Source: Candidatus Bathyarchaeota archaeon (lineage in GTDB: Archaea; Thermoproteota; Bathyarchaeia; Bathyarchaeales; Bathycorpusculaceae). Taken from it: a DNA stretch of 64,000 bases. Below are positions 49,341 to 60,013 of the stretch, piece by piece (position 1 is the stretch's first letter; each line of letters opens with the position of its first letter). Both the position numbers and the translations under genes were made by a program. Location of the stretch: NCBI GenBank assembly GCA_963739305.1, contig CAVTZU010000009.1, forward strand, positions 20,399 through 84,398, read 5' to 3'. The notes under the pieces were generated by a model, which did no database searches, had not been told where the DNA came from, and saw nothing but the letters and a program-made list of their open reading frames with translations.

Positions 49341-51527
49341 TTGCTGAAGCGAACGTTTTCTGCAGTTATGTTCATCTTGCTGTTAGCCAATACTTTGACT
49401 TTGGCATTTAACATTCAACCAACCAAAGCGGAAGCTGGTTTGATTGAAAGCCCTTGGCCGATGTTTCATCATGATCAACAACACACTGGCAGAAGCCCCT
49501 ATAATGTAGCTCAAACACCTGCACTAAAGTGGATTTTCAAGACAAAAGATGACATCTATTCCTCTCCAACAATCGGTGCCGATGGCACGATTTATGTAGC
49601 CTCCTCCGACGGTGCACTTTATGCTATAAACCCCGACGGTAGCCTCAATTGGAGCATCGCCATAGATGCTTATTTTTCCTCCCCAACCATAGGCTCTGAC
49701 GGCACGGTATACATAGGTGGCGCAGACAAGTCTTATGCACTTTACGCCGTTGATCCACATGGGACAATCAAGTGGCGTTTCACCACTGGATACTTTGTTT
49801 GGTCGTCCCCGACCATAGGCAATGATGGCACAATTTATGTAGGCTCTGCTGACAACAAGCTTTATGCTATTAACCCTGATGGCACTTTGAAATGGAGCTA
49901 TACAACTGGAGACTGGGTCACTTCCTCTCCAGCAATCGGTTCTGACGGCACAGTGTACGTTGGCTCTTGGGATGACAAGCTTTATGCCATTAGTCCTGAA
50001 GGCATAGTAAAGTGGAGTTATCTCACAGGCGATGACGTCCATTTAGCTTCTCCCGCCATAGGATCAGATGGCACAATATACGTAGGCTCTCGCGATGGAG
50101 AATTCTACGCCTTAGACCCTAATGGTAGCCTTAAGTGGAAATATTCCACAAGCATAATTCATTCCACCCCTGCCATAGCTCTTGACGGCACAATATACGT
50201 TGGCTCATATGACCATAAGCTCTACGCTCTCAACCCTGACGGAACACTGAGGTGGAGCTACCTAACTGGGGACTATGTTTTTTCTTCTCCGGCGATAGAT
50301 GCCGACGGCACAGTATACGTGGGCTCAGCCGACTACAACCTTTATGCCATCAACCCTGACGGCACACTAAACTGGACTTACATGACTGATGATTCTATCT
50401 CATCTTCTCCAGCTATTGGAAATGACGGAACAATTTACGTTGCTTCTAACGACGGTAACCTCTATGCCATCGGCGAGACCCACCCACAAGTTATCAGAGT
50501 TCCAGATGAATATCCAACTATACAAGCGGCCATAAACGCGGCCAACACAGGGGACACTGTTTTCGTTAGAACTGGAACATACTACGAAGACATAGTTGCC
50601 AACAAAAGTCTAACAATCTCCGGAGAAAACAAAGACACTACCTTCGTTATTGGTTCCCCCGGTGGCGTAGTTTTTGTGGTTGAATCAGACAATGTCCGTA
50701 TTTCTGGTTTTACAATGCAGAATGGAAACGCTGGCATCGTAGCAAGCGCACAGAATGTTACAATCACCGACAATATAATAATAAATTCGACAAGTCAAGG
50801 GATTCAAGTAAGTGGCGCTCGCAATACTCTAAGTGGCAACTTCATTACAAATTGTGGAGCTGCTATAATAATCTACGGAAACAACCAAACTATTGAAAAG
50901 AACGTTATGATGAACAATGGCTATGCCATTCAACTGTCTTATTTCAGCAACAACAACAGAGTCACGCAGAACGAGATAGCAAATAACCATTTCTCTGGCA
51001 TTTATGTTCAGATGGCACATGATAACTCCATTTCAGACAACACCCTCACAAATAACGCAGAGGGAATTCGAATTGCCTACTCAACGAGAAATGTGATTTT
51101 CCATAACCTCGTCATCAACAACACTCGACAAGTCTTCATTGACAACGGAAACATAAACAACACCTGGGATGATGGTTATCCATCTGGCGGAAACTACTGG
51201 AGCGATTACAACGGCACAGATATCCAAAGCGGAACATACCAGAACGAGACTGGAATCGACGGGATAGGAGACACACCGTACAGCATTGATACAAATAATA
51301 CTGACAGATACCCACTGATGAAACCATACCGTACTAGCAGTCTTCCAGGGGACATAAATCATGACGGAGCAATTGACATATCGGACGCCATACTAGCAGC
51401 GCGGGCTTTCGGATCTAGCCTTGGACAGCCCAACTGGAATAGCAGAGCAGACCTCAACAACGACGGCATAATAGACATCTTCGACCTTATCATACTGGTC
51501 AGCAACTTCGGAAAGACGACCGTTTGA
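49341..51527 (+). CDS. secreted PQQ-like beta-propeller + NosD/beta-helix + dockerin protein
   Basis: Signal peptide; about 8 SSPAIG.DGT.YVGS repeats; GGNYWSDY; two EF-hand-like dockerin repeats GDINHDG/ADLNNDG. Confidence 0.9.
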   Translation: MLKRTFSAVMFILLLANTLTLAFNIQPTKAEAGLIESPWPMFHHDQQHTGRSPYNVAQTPALKWIFKTKDDIYSSPTIGADGTIYVASSDGALYAINPDGSLNWSIAIDAYFSSPTIGSDGTVYIGGADKSYALYAVDPHGTIKWRFTTGYFVWSSPTIGNDGTIYVGSADNKLYAINPDGTLKWSYTTGDWVTSSPAIGSDGTVYVGSWDDKLYAISPEGIVKWSYLTGDDVHLASPAIGSDGTIYVGSRDGEFYALDPNGSLKWKYSTSIIHSTPAIALDGTIYVGSYDHKLYALNPDGTLRWSYLTGDYVFSSPAIDADGTVYVGSADYNLYAINPDGTLNWTYMTDDSISSSPAIGNDGTIYVASNDGNLYAIGETHPQVIRVPDEYPTIQAAINAANTGDTVFVRTGTYYEDIVANKSLTISGENKDTTFVIGSPGGVVFVVESDNVRISGFTMQNGNAGIVASAQNVTITDNIIINSTSQGIQVSGARNTLSGNFITNCGAAIIIYGNNQTIEKNVMMNNGYAIQLSYFSNNNRVTQNEIANNHFSGIYVQMAHDNSISDNTLTNNAEGIRIAYSTRNVIFHNLVINNTRQVFIDNGNINNTWDDGYPSGGNYWSDYNGTDIQSGTYQNETGIDGIGDTPYSIDTNNTDRYPLMKPYRTSSLPGDINHDGAIDISDAILAARAFGSSLGQPNWNSRADLNNDGIIDIFDLIILVSNFGKTTV

Positions 51528-51534
51528 GCGCGCG

Positions 51535-52188
51535 CTATTGTGCTTGCACTTCTACGCTCCCGTCGTAGACCAAGAACCCTATTGGGCTTGCAGTTCCGTC
51601 ACCGATCTCTGTGCTTGTTAAGTCTAAGAGGCTGGATCCTGGTTGTAGAGCTTGGAAAGTAAGCGTCAATACACAGATTGTTCCGTTCAAAGTGTTCTGA
51701 TAGTCTCCTCCGTTTGGCCCCCAGACCTCAGCTTTGAGGTACCGTCCAGTCGTATCGTTGTAATCGTTCTCTATCCCTGAACCAAACAACCAAGCCGTGT
51801 ATACAGCGGTCAAGTTCACGTCTGCTGCGGTCTTGTTGAACCAGTCAAACCCCACTCCTCCCCACTCGGGCGGAGTGTTCACCTGAGCGTCCAGACACGT
51901 GATTATCTCTTTGTTCCATAGGAGGCCGACTTGCCATCCAGCCATGTCGGTGACGTTGTTTATCCACACTTCTACTTTGAACGTCTGGTTAACGGTTACC
52001 ACAACGTTTTCCGGTACGACTGTAACGTTCGCGTAAACTGGTTTGGGAACTGTTTCGATCGTTGGCTGAGTCACGGGTTCAGAAAATGTTTGATTTGTCG
52101 GTTCAATTGCCGCTCCAGATGCCGGTCCACCCTGAACTGACATTTGCCCAAGAGCTTCTGTAGATTGGGACGCGCTCGACGGATGCAA
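51535..52188 (-). CDS. cohesin-like domain protein (TM anchor probably from TTG 52269, frameshifted)
   Basis: FKVEVWINNVTDMAGWQVGLLWN..LTLTFQAL..GSSLLDL pattern. Confidence 0.7.
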   Translation of the reverse strand: MHPSSASQSTEALGQMSVQGGPASGAAIEPTNQTFSEPVTQPTIETVPKPVYANVTVVPENVVVTVNQTFKVEVWINNVTDMAGWQVGLLWNKEIITCLDAQVNTPPEWGGVGFDWFNKTAADVNLTAVYTAWLFGSGIENDYNDTTGRYLKAEVWGPNGGDYQNTLNGTICVLTLTFQALQPGSSLLDLTSTEIGDGTASPIGFLVYDGSVEVQAQ

Positions 52189-52777
52189 AGATCACCTGGA
52201 GAAGGCATCACCGCAACCGCGATAACGGCTAAGGCGACGAATTCCGAGAATTATTATTTTTTTGATCAAAAAGGTTTCCTCAGTTTCCCTCTTCCTTAGG
52301 CTTCTTATAACTCTGTCGAATTACGCTTGACGGTCAACCGACTGTATCATCAAGAATAATCCATGATAACGCGCGCTTCTGCTGTTGTGCCTTCGCAGTC
52401 TTCAAACCGTCGACAAACGACTCACTCAACTCACTCGACGGACGCGGCAACTACCCTCCACCACAAAATCCTGCAATTGCTTGATTCAACGAGAATCTAA
52501 CTGTTCCAGTCACTTTCAACATACAAAACAAGCAAAAACCACCCAAAGAACCAAAACAAGCCCCAACCAAGACCACGCAAACGGCACCGCACAAGAAAAA
52601 AAGCCGGGGGGTAGGGTCTTTTAGACTGTTTTCCAATCAAAAACCATGTTGACCAGCCCCTACTCAAGGACCAACGTAGAAAACAAAAACAGCGGTCCAC
52701 TCGCTCCGAAACCAGCTCACCGACGCCCAACATGAATCAGAGACCAACGCTTCGTTACAAGCGCGATGAATCGTACC

Positions 52778-55201
52778 TCAACTTTGATCTTTCTTCGTTT
52801 CAGTCGAGGATAATTGGAACTCCTTGAGCTTGTCAGCCATCTCTTTAAGACGCTTGTCGACTCTATCGTTAACGGTTCCTTCCTCAAAAGCTCCGTCCTG
52901 ACGCTTTTGCCCAGCTTTGACCCCAGTCAGGATTTCGATTCCTTCGTCAATCGTCTTGACAGGATAGATATGGAATTTCCCTTCTTTTGCTGCTTCCACG
53001 ATTTCCTCTTTCAACATGAGGTTCTGCACGTTGCTCTCGGGTATCATCACGCCTTGCTTGCCCGTAAAACCTTTGATCTTGCAGACTTCAAAGAAACCTT
53101 CAATTTTCTCGTTTACCCCACCAATGGCTTGAACCTCACCCTTCTGATCCAAAGATCCCGTGACAGCAAGATTCTGCTTTATAGGAAGGCCGGAGAGAGC
53201 AGACAGGATGGCGTAGAGTTCGGTGCTTGAGGCGCTGTCACCTTCCACGCCCTCATAGTTCTGCTCGAAAACGAGACGAGCTGCTAGGCTGAGGGGTTTG
53301 TCCTGAGCATATTTCGAATTCAAGTAACCGCTTAGAATTAGCACTCCTTTCGTGTGGATGGGTCCTCCCATCTTGGCTTCCCGCTCAATGTCAACAACTC
53401 CTTCTCGACCTAGACCTACACTTACCGTCACCCGTGAAGGAGTGCCGAATTCAAAGTCTCCGAGACCAATCACGGAAAGACCGTTGACTTGGCCCACACT
53501 TTCTGAGTCCGTATCAATTAGAAGGATTCCTCGCTGGATCATCTCCTGAATCTTCTCTTGAATGAGTTTCGAACGGTAAACCTTCTCTTCAATAGCCTTT
53601 TTCACGTGAACCCCGGTAACAAACTCCGATTTCTCTTCCGCAGCATAGAAGTTGGCTTCACGAATGATATCTGCGACCTCCGCAAACATGGTTGAAAGCT
53701 TCTGCTGATCCTCAGCCAATCGCGAGCTGTGTTCAATCACCTTTGCCAAGCCTGAGCCATCGAGGTGTTTGAGATTTTCCTTCTGACAGAGAGCGCAGAC
53801 GAAACCTGCGTATTGCTCAGTGTTTTCATCTGTTCGATCCATCGTTGTGTCAAAATCCGCCTTGACCTTGAAGAGCTGACTAAATTCCATGTCAAGAACG
53901 TACAGTTGCTGATAGACGTAGGGATCTCCAATCAGAACAACCTTGACGTCCAACGGAATCGGTTCAGGCTTCAAGCTTTTCGTGGTGATGAAGCCCAACG
54001 CTTCTTCGGCCTCTTCGATGAAGATACGCTCGTTTCTTAACGCTCTCTTCAAGCCATCATAGGAGAAGGGGTTCCGAAACAGCTCCTCCACGGGAAGAAT
54101 CAGGTATCCACCGTTGGCCCTGTGCAGGAATCCACCCCGAATCATCGTGAAGTCGGTGACGAGAGCCCCAAACTGGGCTTCTTTTTCAACTCTGCCGAAG
54201 AGGTTTTGATAAGTCGGGTTGAGCCCGATGATAACAGGTGCGCCCTTGGTCTTTGAGTTGTCAACCACGACGTTTACTTCGTACTTTCTAAATGGGCTTT
54301 CCCTGACCCATGGAACTGGAAAGGGCACTTGCGGAGTTTCTTCAGGACCTTTCACGAATTGAGACAAGTGATCCAAAATGTCATTTTGCACTTCCTTCAA
54401 GTAGCTTGCAACGTCCGAGAAGTCTTTGTACTTCTCAGCAAGATCAGTCACCAAGTTTCCGATAGCGTAAAGGGCAACATCTTTGTTCAGTTTTTCAAGT
54501 TCTTGATGTATCTTCCGGTCCATATCCACGAACTGCCGCATTGCGTTTCTCAGTTCCGATTCCAAACTGCCTCTTTTGGCTTCCAAGTCTTGTCTGACCT
54601 TCGGGGACAACGTCATCAATTCTTGATCACTGATCGGTTTGCCCTTGATGACAGGAATTAGCAGGAGCCCAATTCGTGTGCTCTGGATCACGAAACCTGC
54701 TTTTTGGGCTTCAGTATTCAATTGATCGATTAGCTGTTTTCTTTGTTCTTCTAAAGCGCTGATGGTTGCGTCTCTCTTTTTGGCGTAGTCTTCGCTTTCG
54801 AAGGCTTTTGGAAGCGCGCCCTTTGCATTCTCGACGAGGCTCTTCATGTCACCTTGGAATTCTTTCCCCTTACCCGAGGGCAGCTTGAGTGCTTTGGGCT
54901 CGTACTCGTTGGAGAAGTTGTTCACGTAGCACCAGTCGAAGGGAGCGGGCTTAGCTCGCGCTATTTCTTCAAGGAAGTTTTTGACAGCCGTTTTTCTACC
55001 CGTTCCAGGAAGACCAGAAACATACAAGTTGAAACCTCGATCCTTGATTCCAAGCCCGAATTTCAACGCTCGCACAGCTCTTTCTTGCCCAATGATTTCT
55101 TGCAGTGGAGCGAAATCCTGAGTGCTCTTGCAGCTCACAGAAGTCTGAGGGCATTCTTTTCTCAGTTTTTCTGAAGGCAACTCGCTAATCATTATACGCA
55201 T
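52778..55201 (-). CDS. Lon-like protease (COG1067/LonC type, no TM insert)
   Basis: IIGQERA, GLPGTGRKT, ANGGYL, catalytic GDSAS and NEKIEGF. Confidence 0.88.
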   Translation of the reverse strand: MRIMISELPSEKLRKECPQTSVSCKSTQDFAPLQEIIGQERAVRALKFGLGIKDRGFNLYVSGLPGTGRKTAVKNFLEEIARAKPAPFDWCYVNNFSNEYEPKALKLPSGKGKEFQGDMKSLVENAKGALPKAFESEDYAKKRDATISALEEQRKQLIDQLNTEAQKAGFVIQSTRIGLLLIPVIKGKPISDQELMTLSPKVRQDLEAKRGSLESELRNAMRQFVDMDRKIHQELEKLNKDVALYAIGNLVTDLAEKYKDFSDVASYLKEVQNDILDHLSQFVKGPEETPQVPFPVPWVRESPFRKYEVNVVVDNSKTKGAPVIIGLNPTYQNLFGRVEKEAQFGALVTDFTMIRGGFLHRANGGYLILPVEELFRNPFSYDGLKRALRNERIFIEEAEEALGFITTKSLKPEPIPLDVKVVLIGDPYVYQQLYVLDMEFSQLFKVKADFDTTMDRTDENTEQYAGFVCALCQKENLKHLDGSGLAKVIEHSSRLAEDQQKLSTMFAEVADIIREANFYAAEEKSEFVTGVHVKKAIEEKVYRSKLIQEKIQEMIQRGILLIDTDSESVGQVNGLSVIGLGDFEFGTPSRVTVSVGLGREGVVDIEREAKMGGPIHTKGVLILSGYLNSKYAQDKPLSLAARLVFEQNYEGVEGDSASSTELYAILSALSGLPIKQNLAVTGSLDQKGEVQAIGGVNEKIEGFFEVCKIKGFTGKQGVMIPESNVQNLMLKEEIVEAAKEGKFHIYPVKTIDEGIEILTGVKAGQKRQDGAFEEGTVNDRVDKRLKEMADKLKEFQLSSTETKKDQS

Positions 55202-55453
55202 CTCCTAAGTTTCAGGTGACACAGATGTTTACCTTACATTAGTTCTTTCTGGTTATCCACCTTTTTAGCGTTTGTGACCTTCATCCGTAGCCACTAATCA
55301 TACGTGTCGTTTCCACAATTCTGAAACCGCTACTCCCAGAAACTGCGACACTCGCACGTAAAGGTTATACACAATTAACCTCGATAATCAAGCACTGTCA
55401 AGCTCACGACAGCAAGGGTGAACCCTCACGATAGATCCAATGTTTGAACGCGG

Positions 55454-56911
55454 ATGGTTCGTTTGACAAAGGTTGATCTCAAGTCAAAACTCACGCTTTT
55501 CGACGTGACCAATCTAGTAGTTGGAGCCATAATAGGAGCAGATATCTACGTTGCTTCAGCCTTTGGAGCAGGTCTCCTCGGGCCATTTTCACTGGTAGCG
55601 TGGATCCTCGGCGGAATAATAGCCATAGTCATCGCATTGTGTTTCGCCCAGTGCGCAGCTCTCCTTCCAAAAGTAGGCGGGCCATATGCTTACGCTCATG
55701 CAGCATGGGGCTCCTTTGCGGGCTTCTCTGTTGGCTGGTCACTCTGGCTCGCCGAATGGATGTCTCTCGCCGTCTTTCCGGTTGCTTTCACTCGATATCT
55801 AATGTTTTTCCTGCCAGGCCTCGACCTTATTTCACAGATAGCCGTAAAAACGTTGTTCGTGGTTTTTCTAATCGTTACGAACATTGTCGGCGTCAGAGCC
55901 GCAGGAAAGATAAATGACGTGTTAACCTTGATCAAACTGGCCCCGCTGGTTTTCTTCGCAATAGTCGGCATACTCTTCATGGCATTCAACACTTCAACCG
56001 TCGCAACGAATTTCTCTCCGTTCGCCCCATATGGGTTCGGCAACTTTGGATTGGCCCTCGTCTTGATATTCTGGGCCTACGCAGGCTTTGAAATCTCAAC
56101 CATTCCAGCAGAAGAAATAGAAAACCCCAGCAAAACCATTCCCAAGGCCATAATCCTTGGGATCTCAATCGTGACCATCTTTTACCTCGTGACCAACGTC
56201 GTGCTTTTCGGAGTGAGACGATTCAACCTTCTCAGCTCGGACAATGCACCCTTGGCCTCTGCAACCAACGGAGTCATGAGTTCACTCCCGGCTCTTGCCG
56301 TGGCTGGCGGGTTGATAGTGGGCGTTGGAGCACTGATTTCAGTTGCCGGGTCGGACGAATCTGGAATGATTGGAACATCGAGGCTAGGTTACGCGTTGGC
56401 TGCTGACGGTCTTTTTCCCAGATTTTTTGCCAAGATTCATCCGAAATTCAAGACTCCCTATTTGGGAATTATGGTTCAAGCCGTCACTGCCCTTGCAGCT
56501 GCGATAGTCGGCAGTCTGGATACTCTTATAGCAACGTCGGTGTTCTTGATGGCAATTGCTTACGTTGCGACAAGCGGGTCAATCTTCGTTCTCCGCAGGA
56601 AAGGCCTGCAGACCCAGTTTCGTTTGAAAGGAGGCCCGTTGATTCCAGCGTTGGGAGTCATATTTTCTCTGTACCTCATAACTCAGTGTACGTTCACGCA
56701 AATTGCTTTAGGGTTCGTTCTGCTGTTAGTGGGAGTGCCCATTTACATCAAGTACTCGCCTAAGAAGGAACTTGCAGACCTTAAAGAGACGCTAGTTTCT
56801 CGCGATTCCATCCTGCAGAGAGCCCGCAATCAGGAGGAAACGTTTCTGGCACACGCGTTGCTGCATGTGAAGAGGTATTACAGGAGAATCACTCGAAAGA
56901 AGCAGACTTGA
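55454..56911 (+). CDS. APC family amino acid permease
   Basis: GAIIGADIY, GGPYAY, WAYAGFE, SRLGYALAADG. Confidence 0.92.
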   Translation: MVRLTKVDLKSKLTLFDVTNLVVGAIIGADIYVASAFGAGLLGPFSLVAWILGGIIAIVIALCFAQCAALLPKVGGPYAYAHAAWGSFAGFSVGWSLWLAEWMSLAVFPVAFTRYLMFFLPGLDLISQIAVKTLFVVFLIVTNIVGVRAAGKINDVLTLIKLAPLVFFAIVGILFMAFNTSTVATNFSPFAPYGFGNFGLALVLIFWAYAGFEISTIPAEEIENPSKTIPKAIILGISIVTIFYLVTNVVLFGVRRFNLLSSDNAPLASATNGVMSSLPALAVAGGLIVGVGALISVAGSDESGMIGTSRLGYALAADGLFPRFFAKIHPKFKTPYLGIMVQAVTALAAAIVGSLDTLIATSVFLMAIAYVATSGSIFVLRRKGLQTQFRLKGGPLIPALGVIFSLYLITQCTFTQIALGFVLLLVGVPIYIKYSPKKELADLKETLVSRDSILQRARNQEETFLAHALLHVKRYYRRITRKKQT

Positions 56912-57140
56912 AAAACTATCAGAAATTGGGCAGTCAGAATATCCATCGAACAGGTATATTGTTCAAGTAACATGAAGCGCGTGCGCTGCGAGATCGGTCA
57001 GATCAGTCGTTGCATGTCTAGCAAATCATGAACGAGATGCCTCGATTCCAGGTACAGCTTCGAGTTTGTAGTCTTCTCTTCGAGAGGATAATTCCATAAC
57101 CCATAAGAACCACTTTCCTAATCTTCTGAGGCGATGCAGC

Positions 57141-58766
57141 ATGAAAACTAAGCGTCTTCTCGTCATTCTTACGGTTTTGTTGTTTCTGGCGGCGTTTTCA
57201 CCCTTGCTTTCCAAGGCATTCTCAGCCACGGGTTACGTAGACGTAAATGTCGTCCAGGCAAGAACCATGATAGACACAACTCCGTCCTTAGTCATATTGG
57301 ATGTGAGAAACGAGAGCGAATACGTCACAGGACACATCAGAAACGCTAAGCTGATTCCCCTGTTTCAACTGGGTGCCAACTTGAGCGAATTGAACGTTGC
57401 CGACGAAATTCTGATCTATTGTAGATCGGGAATAAGGAGCACTAATGCTAGCCAGATCCTTGTGGCAAACGGTTTTCTTCACGTCTACAACATGGCCGGC
57501 GGGATACTGGGCTGGATAGCAGAAGGCTACACAACGTACGTAAATTACGATTCGATTCAGCAAGCCGTGAACAACGCAACTGAAGGATCCACTCTTTACG
57601 TAGGTTCGGGACAATACTTTGAAACCTTGACGATTAACAAGTCTCTGAGCTTGGTTGGAGAAAACAAGGATTCAACAATAATCGACGGAAACGGCAACAG
57701 CACCGTCCTTTACGTTAACGCTGATAACTTTTCCATCAGCGACTTCAAGATACAGTATTCGGGATGTTCATGTGAAGGATTGTACGGAATAGATATGGGA
57801 AGCAACCGTCGAAATGTCAACATAACACACAATGACTTCTTCTCCGACAGCGTTGGAATCTACATGAAAAACGGGCAAGACATTGCCATCGTCAACAACA
57901 ACGTGACATCTAGCCGCGACTATTCAATGGTAATACAGGACTCGACTGAAATCCTGGTGTCGGAGAACATCTTTGCAAACAATCTGAATCAGGTAGATAT
58001 TGAGAACTCCAGTGGAATGACCATAGTTGACAACAACGTGACAAACAACGGCAACGGAATCACACTTACGAACTCAAACAACAATACGATCGCGGGAAAC
58101 ACGTTCAGTTCAAACCAATTGTACGGCATTTTCTTGTCACAATCTAATAATAACGCGATCTTTGACAACAGCTTCACAACGAATTGGTCTCACGTTTCCG
58201 TTCGTAACTCGACTAACTTCTGGGACAACGGCCTTGAGGGAAACTTCTGGAGCAACTACACGGGCACGGACAGCGACAATGACGGAATCGGCGACACGCC
58301 CTGCACGATAGATGCCCAAAACGTAGATAATCACCCGTTGGTTGGAACTTTCAGTAGCTATTTGGTTGCACTCGATAAAAGGGTAGACGTCGTGACGAAC
58401 TCGACGATAGACGATTTGGAGTATATTTCACCTAGCACGATTAGGCTTCAAGTTTCAAATGCAACTGTGAACCAAACGGTTGGTTTCTGCAGAATAGGCA
58501 TTCCGCATGCTCTGATAGACCCGAAAAATGGGACGATTCAGATTATCATCGACAACAATCAAACGCAGGTTGCTTTCCTGAACACTACAGTTTATGATAA
58601 CGGAACGTGCAGATGGGTGTACCTTGCTTATCCGCAATCGACGCATGAAATTGTCATCGTCCCGGAGTACTCATTGCTGTGGATCTTACCGTTATTTTTA
58701 GTAACGATAGTTGTAATGTTGAGCGGTAACAGAAAGAGACGAATCGGAAAGGAAAACGCGCGCTAA
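57141..58766 (+). CDS. secreted rhodanese + NosD/beta-helix surface protein with PEF-like C-terminal sorting signal
   Basis: Signal peptide; LDVR..GHI..YCRSGIRS; GNFWSNY; VPEYS + TM + RKRR. Confidence 0.85.
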   Translation: MKTKRLLVILTVLLFLAAFSPLLSKAFSATGYVDVNVVQARTMIDTTPSLVILDVRNESEYVTGHIRNAKLIPLFQLGANLSELNVADEILIYCRSGIRSTNASQILVANGFLHVYNMAGGILGWIAEGYTTYVNYDSIQQAVNNATEGSTLYVGSGQYFETLTINKSLSLVGENKDSTIIDGNGNSTVLYVNADNFSISDFKIQYSGCSCEGLYGIDMGSNRRNVNITHNDFFSDSVGIYMKNGQDIAIVNNNVTSSRDYSMVIQDSTEILVSENIFANNLNQVDIENSSGMTIVDNNVTNNGNGITLTNSNNNTIAGNTFSSNQLYGIFLSQSNNNAIFDNSFTTNWSHVSVRNSTNFWDNGLEGNFWSNYTGTDSDNDGIGDTPCTIDAQNVDNHPLVGTFSSYLVALDKRVDVVTNSTIDDLEYISPSTIRLQVSNATVNQTVGFCRIGIPHALIDPKNGTIQIIIDNNQTQVAFLNTTVYDNGTCRWVYLAYPQSTHEIVIVPEYSLLWILPLFLVTIVVMLSGNRKRRIGKENAR

Positions 58767-58854
58767 ACAACTTGCTGTTTTACTCTGATATTACGGGAAA
58801 AATCAAAACAATCAAGCAAACTTGGCTTTCCAGCGTTCAGATCCTTCGGGTTTC

Positions 58855-59925
58855 TTATGAAAGGTACTTTATGGCGGCTGCCACAGCGCCGTAGAGACCC
58901 ACATCTCCTCCCAGAGGAGTGACCAGTATCTTTGGAACTCTGTTCACCGCGTAATCTCTCACGTGCTTTCGAACGGGGGATATGATCATTTCTTTGTTCT
59001 TGAGAGTCACGGTGCCTCCGACGGTGATGAGAGAGGGATCATACGCGTTGATGATGGTTGCAAAGCCCGCAGCGTTTAGAACACCAAGTTCTTTGACGAG
59101 CTTCAGAGAAATCTCGTCGTGTTCTTTTGCCGAGGCGAATAAGTCAGCCGCTGTCAATTTTGAGAAATCTCCGTGGAAACGTTTGTACAACAAGCTTTGT
59201 TTTGTTCTTTCAGGAGGCATTTGTTCAAGTCTCATTCTTACGAAATTTGGAATGTTTCTTCCTGAACAGTAGGCTTCCCAGTGGCCTCGTCTTCCACAGC
59301 CGCACTTCAGCGTTCCCTGATAATCTATGACGAAGTGTCCCACTTCATGCGCATTTCCATCTTTCCCCAGGGACAGATTGCCATTAATGATCGCTCCGCA
59401 ACCTATGCCTGTGCTTATCGTCACGTAGACAAAGTTGTCTTCCTCCTTTGCGGCTCCGAACATGCTTTCGCCTAAAGCTGCCCCCGCACAATCGTTGATT
59501 AAGCATACCGGGATGCCAAGCTCTTTCGAAATGGGTTTTGTCAACGGCACGACGTCAAATGGAATGTTGGGAGGCTTCATCAGCACTCCTTCATTTTGTA
59601 TCATCGGCCCCGCCGACGCAATACCTACACCTTTCAGGCTTCTTGCAGTCAGGTCATGCTTATCGAGCAAGAAACGGGTTATCCTTACTATCTGTCTGCT
59701 GATCGCGATGGCACTGCTCTTGTCAACTTTCTCATCTATTCTCTCCACAAAATTTCCCTTGTCATCTGAGAGAACCACTCTTGTCCAGGTTCCTCCCAAA
59801 TCGACGCCTACCCAACGGATTTTGCCAGGAGTTGATTCATCGTTTGTACTTGCCATATTTCCGCGATTGTCAGAAGGATTCTTGTCGAACAACCTCGCAC
59901 TTCCTCGTTTGTATGTCATTAGCAA
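58855..59925 (-). CDS. ROK family sugar kinase (start probably 59856)
   Basis: GVDLGGT, INDC, STGIG, EVGH, CGCGRRGHWEAY. Confidence 0.92.
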   Translation of the reverse strand: MLMTYKRGSARLFDKNPSDNRGNMASTNDESTPGKIRWVGVDLGGTWTRVVLSDDKGNFVERIDEKVDKSSAIAISRQIVRITRFLLDKHDLTARSLKGVGIASAGPMIQNEGVLMKPPNIPFDVVPLTKPISKELGIPVCLINDCAGAALGESMFGAAKEEDNFVYVTISTGIGCGAIINGNLSLGKDGNAHEVGHFVIDYQGTLKCGCGRRGHWEAYCSGRNIPNFVRMRLEQMPPERTKQSLLYKRFHGDFSKLTAADLFASAKEHDEISLKLVKELGVLNAAGFATIINAYDPSLITVGGTVTLKNKEMIISPVRKHVRDYAVNRVPKILVTPLGGDVGLYGAVAAAIKYLS

Positions 59926-60013
59926 TATTCCACGCCGTTCTTATATTCTGCTTGAAGCTCCTTGGGAGCTTCAGAAATCTTAGCAAGAATTCACCAAATG
60001 AGCGCACGCGATC

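Noticed and set aside
49500-50480. About 120-bp periodic nucleotide repeats
   Set aside because: Fully explained by beta-propeller protein repeats.
52501-52620. Possible replication origin (GTTCCAGT plus G-run)
   Set aside because: Only a partial single ORB-like match, no repeated ORBs and no cdc6/orc1 nearby.
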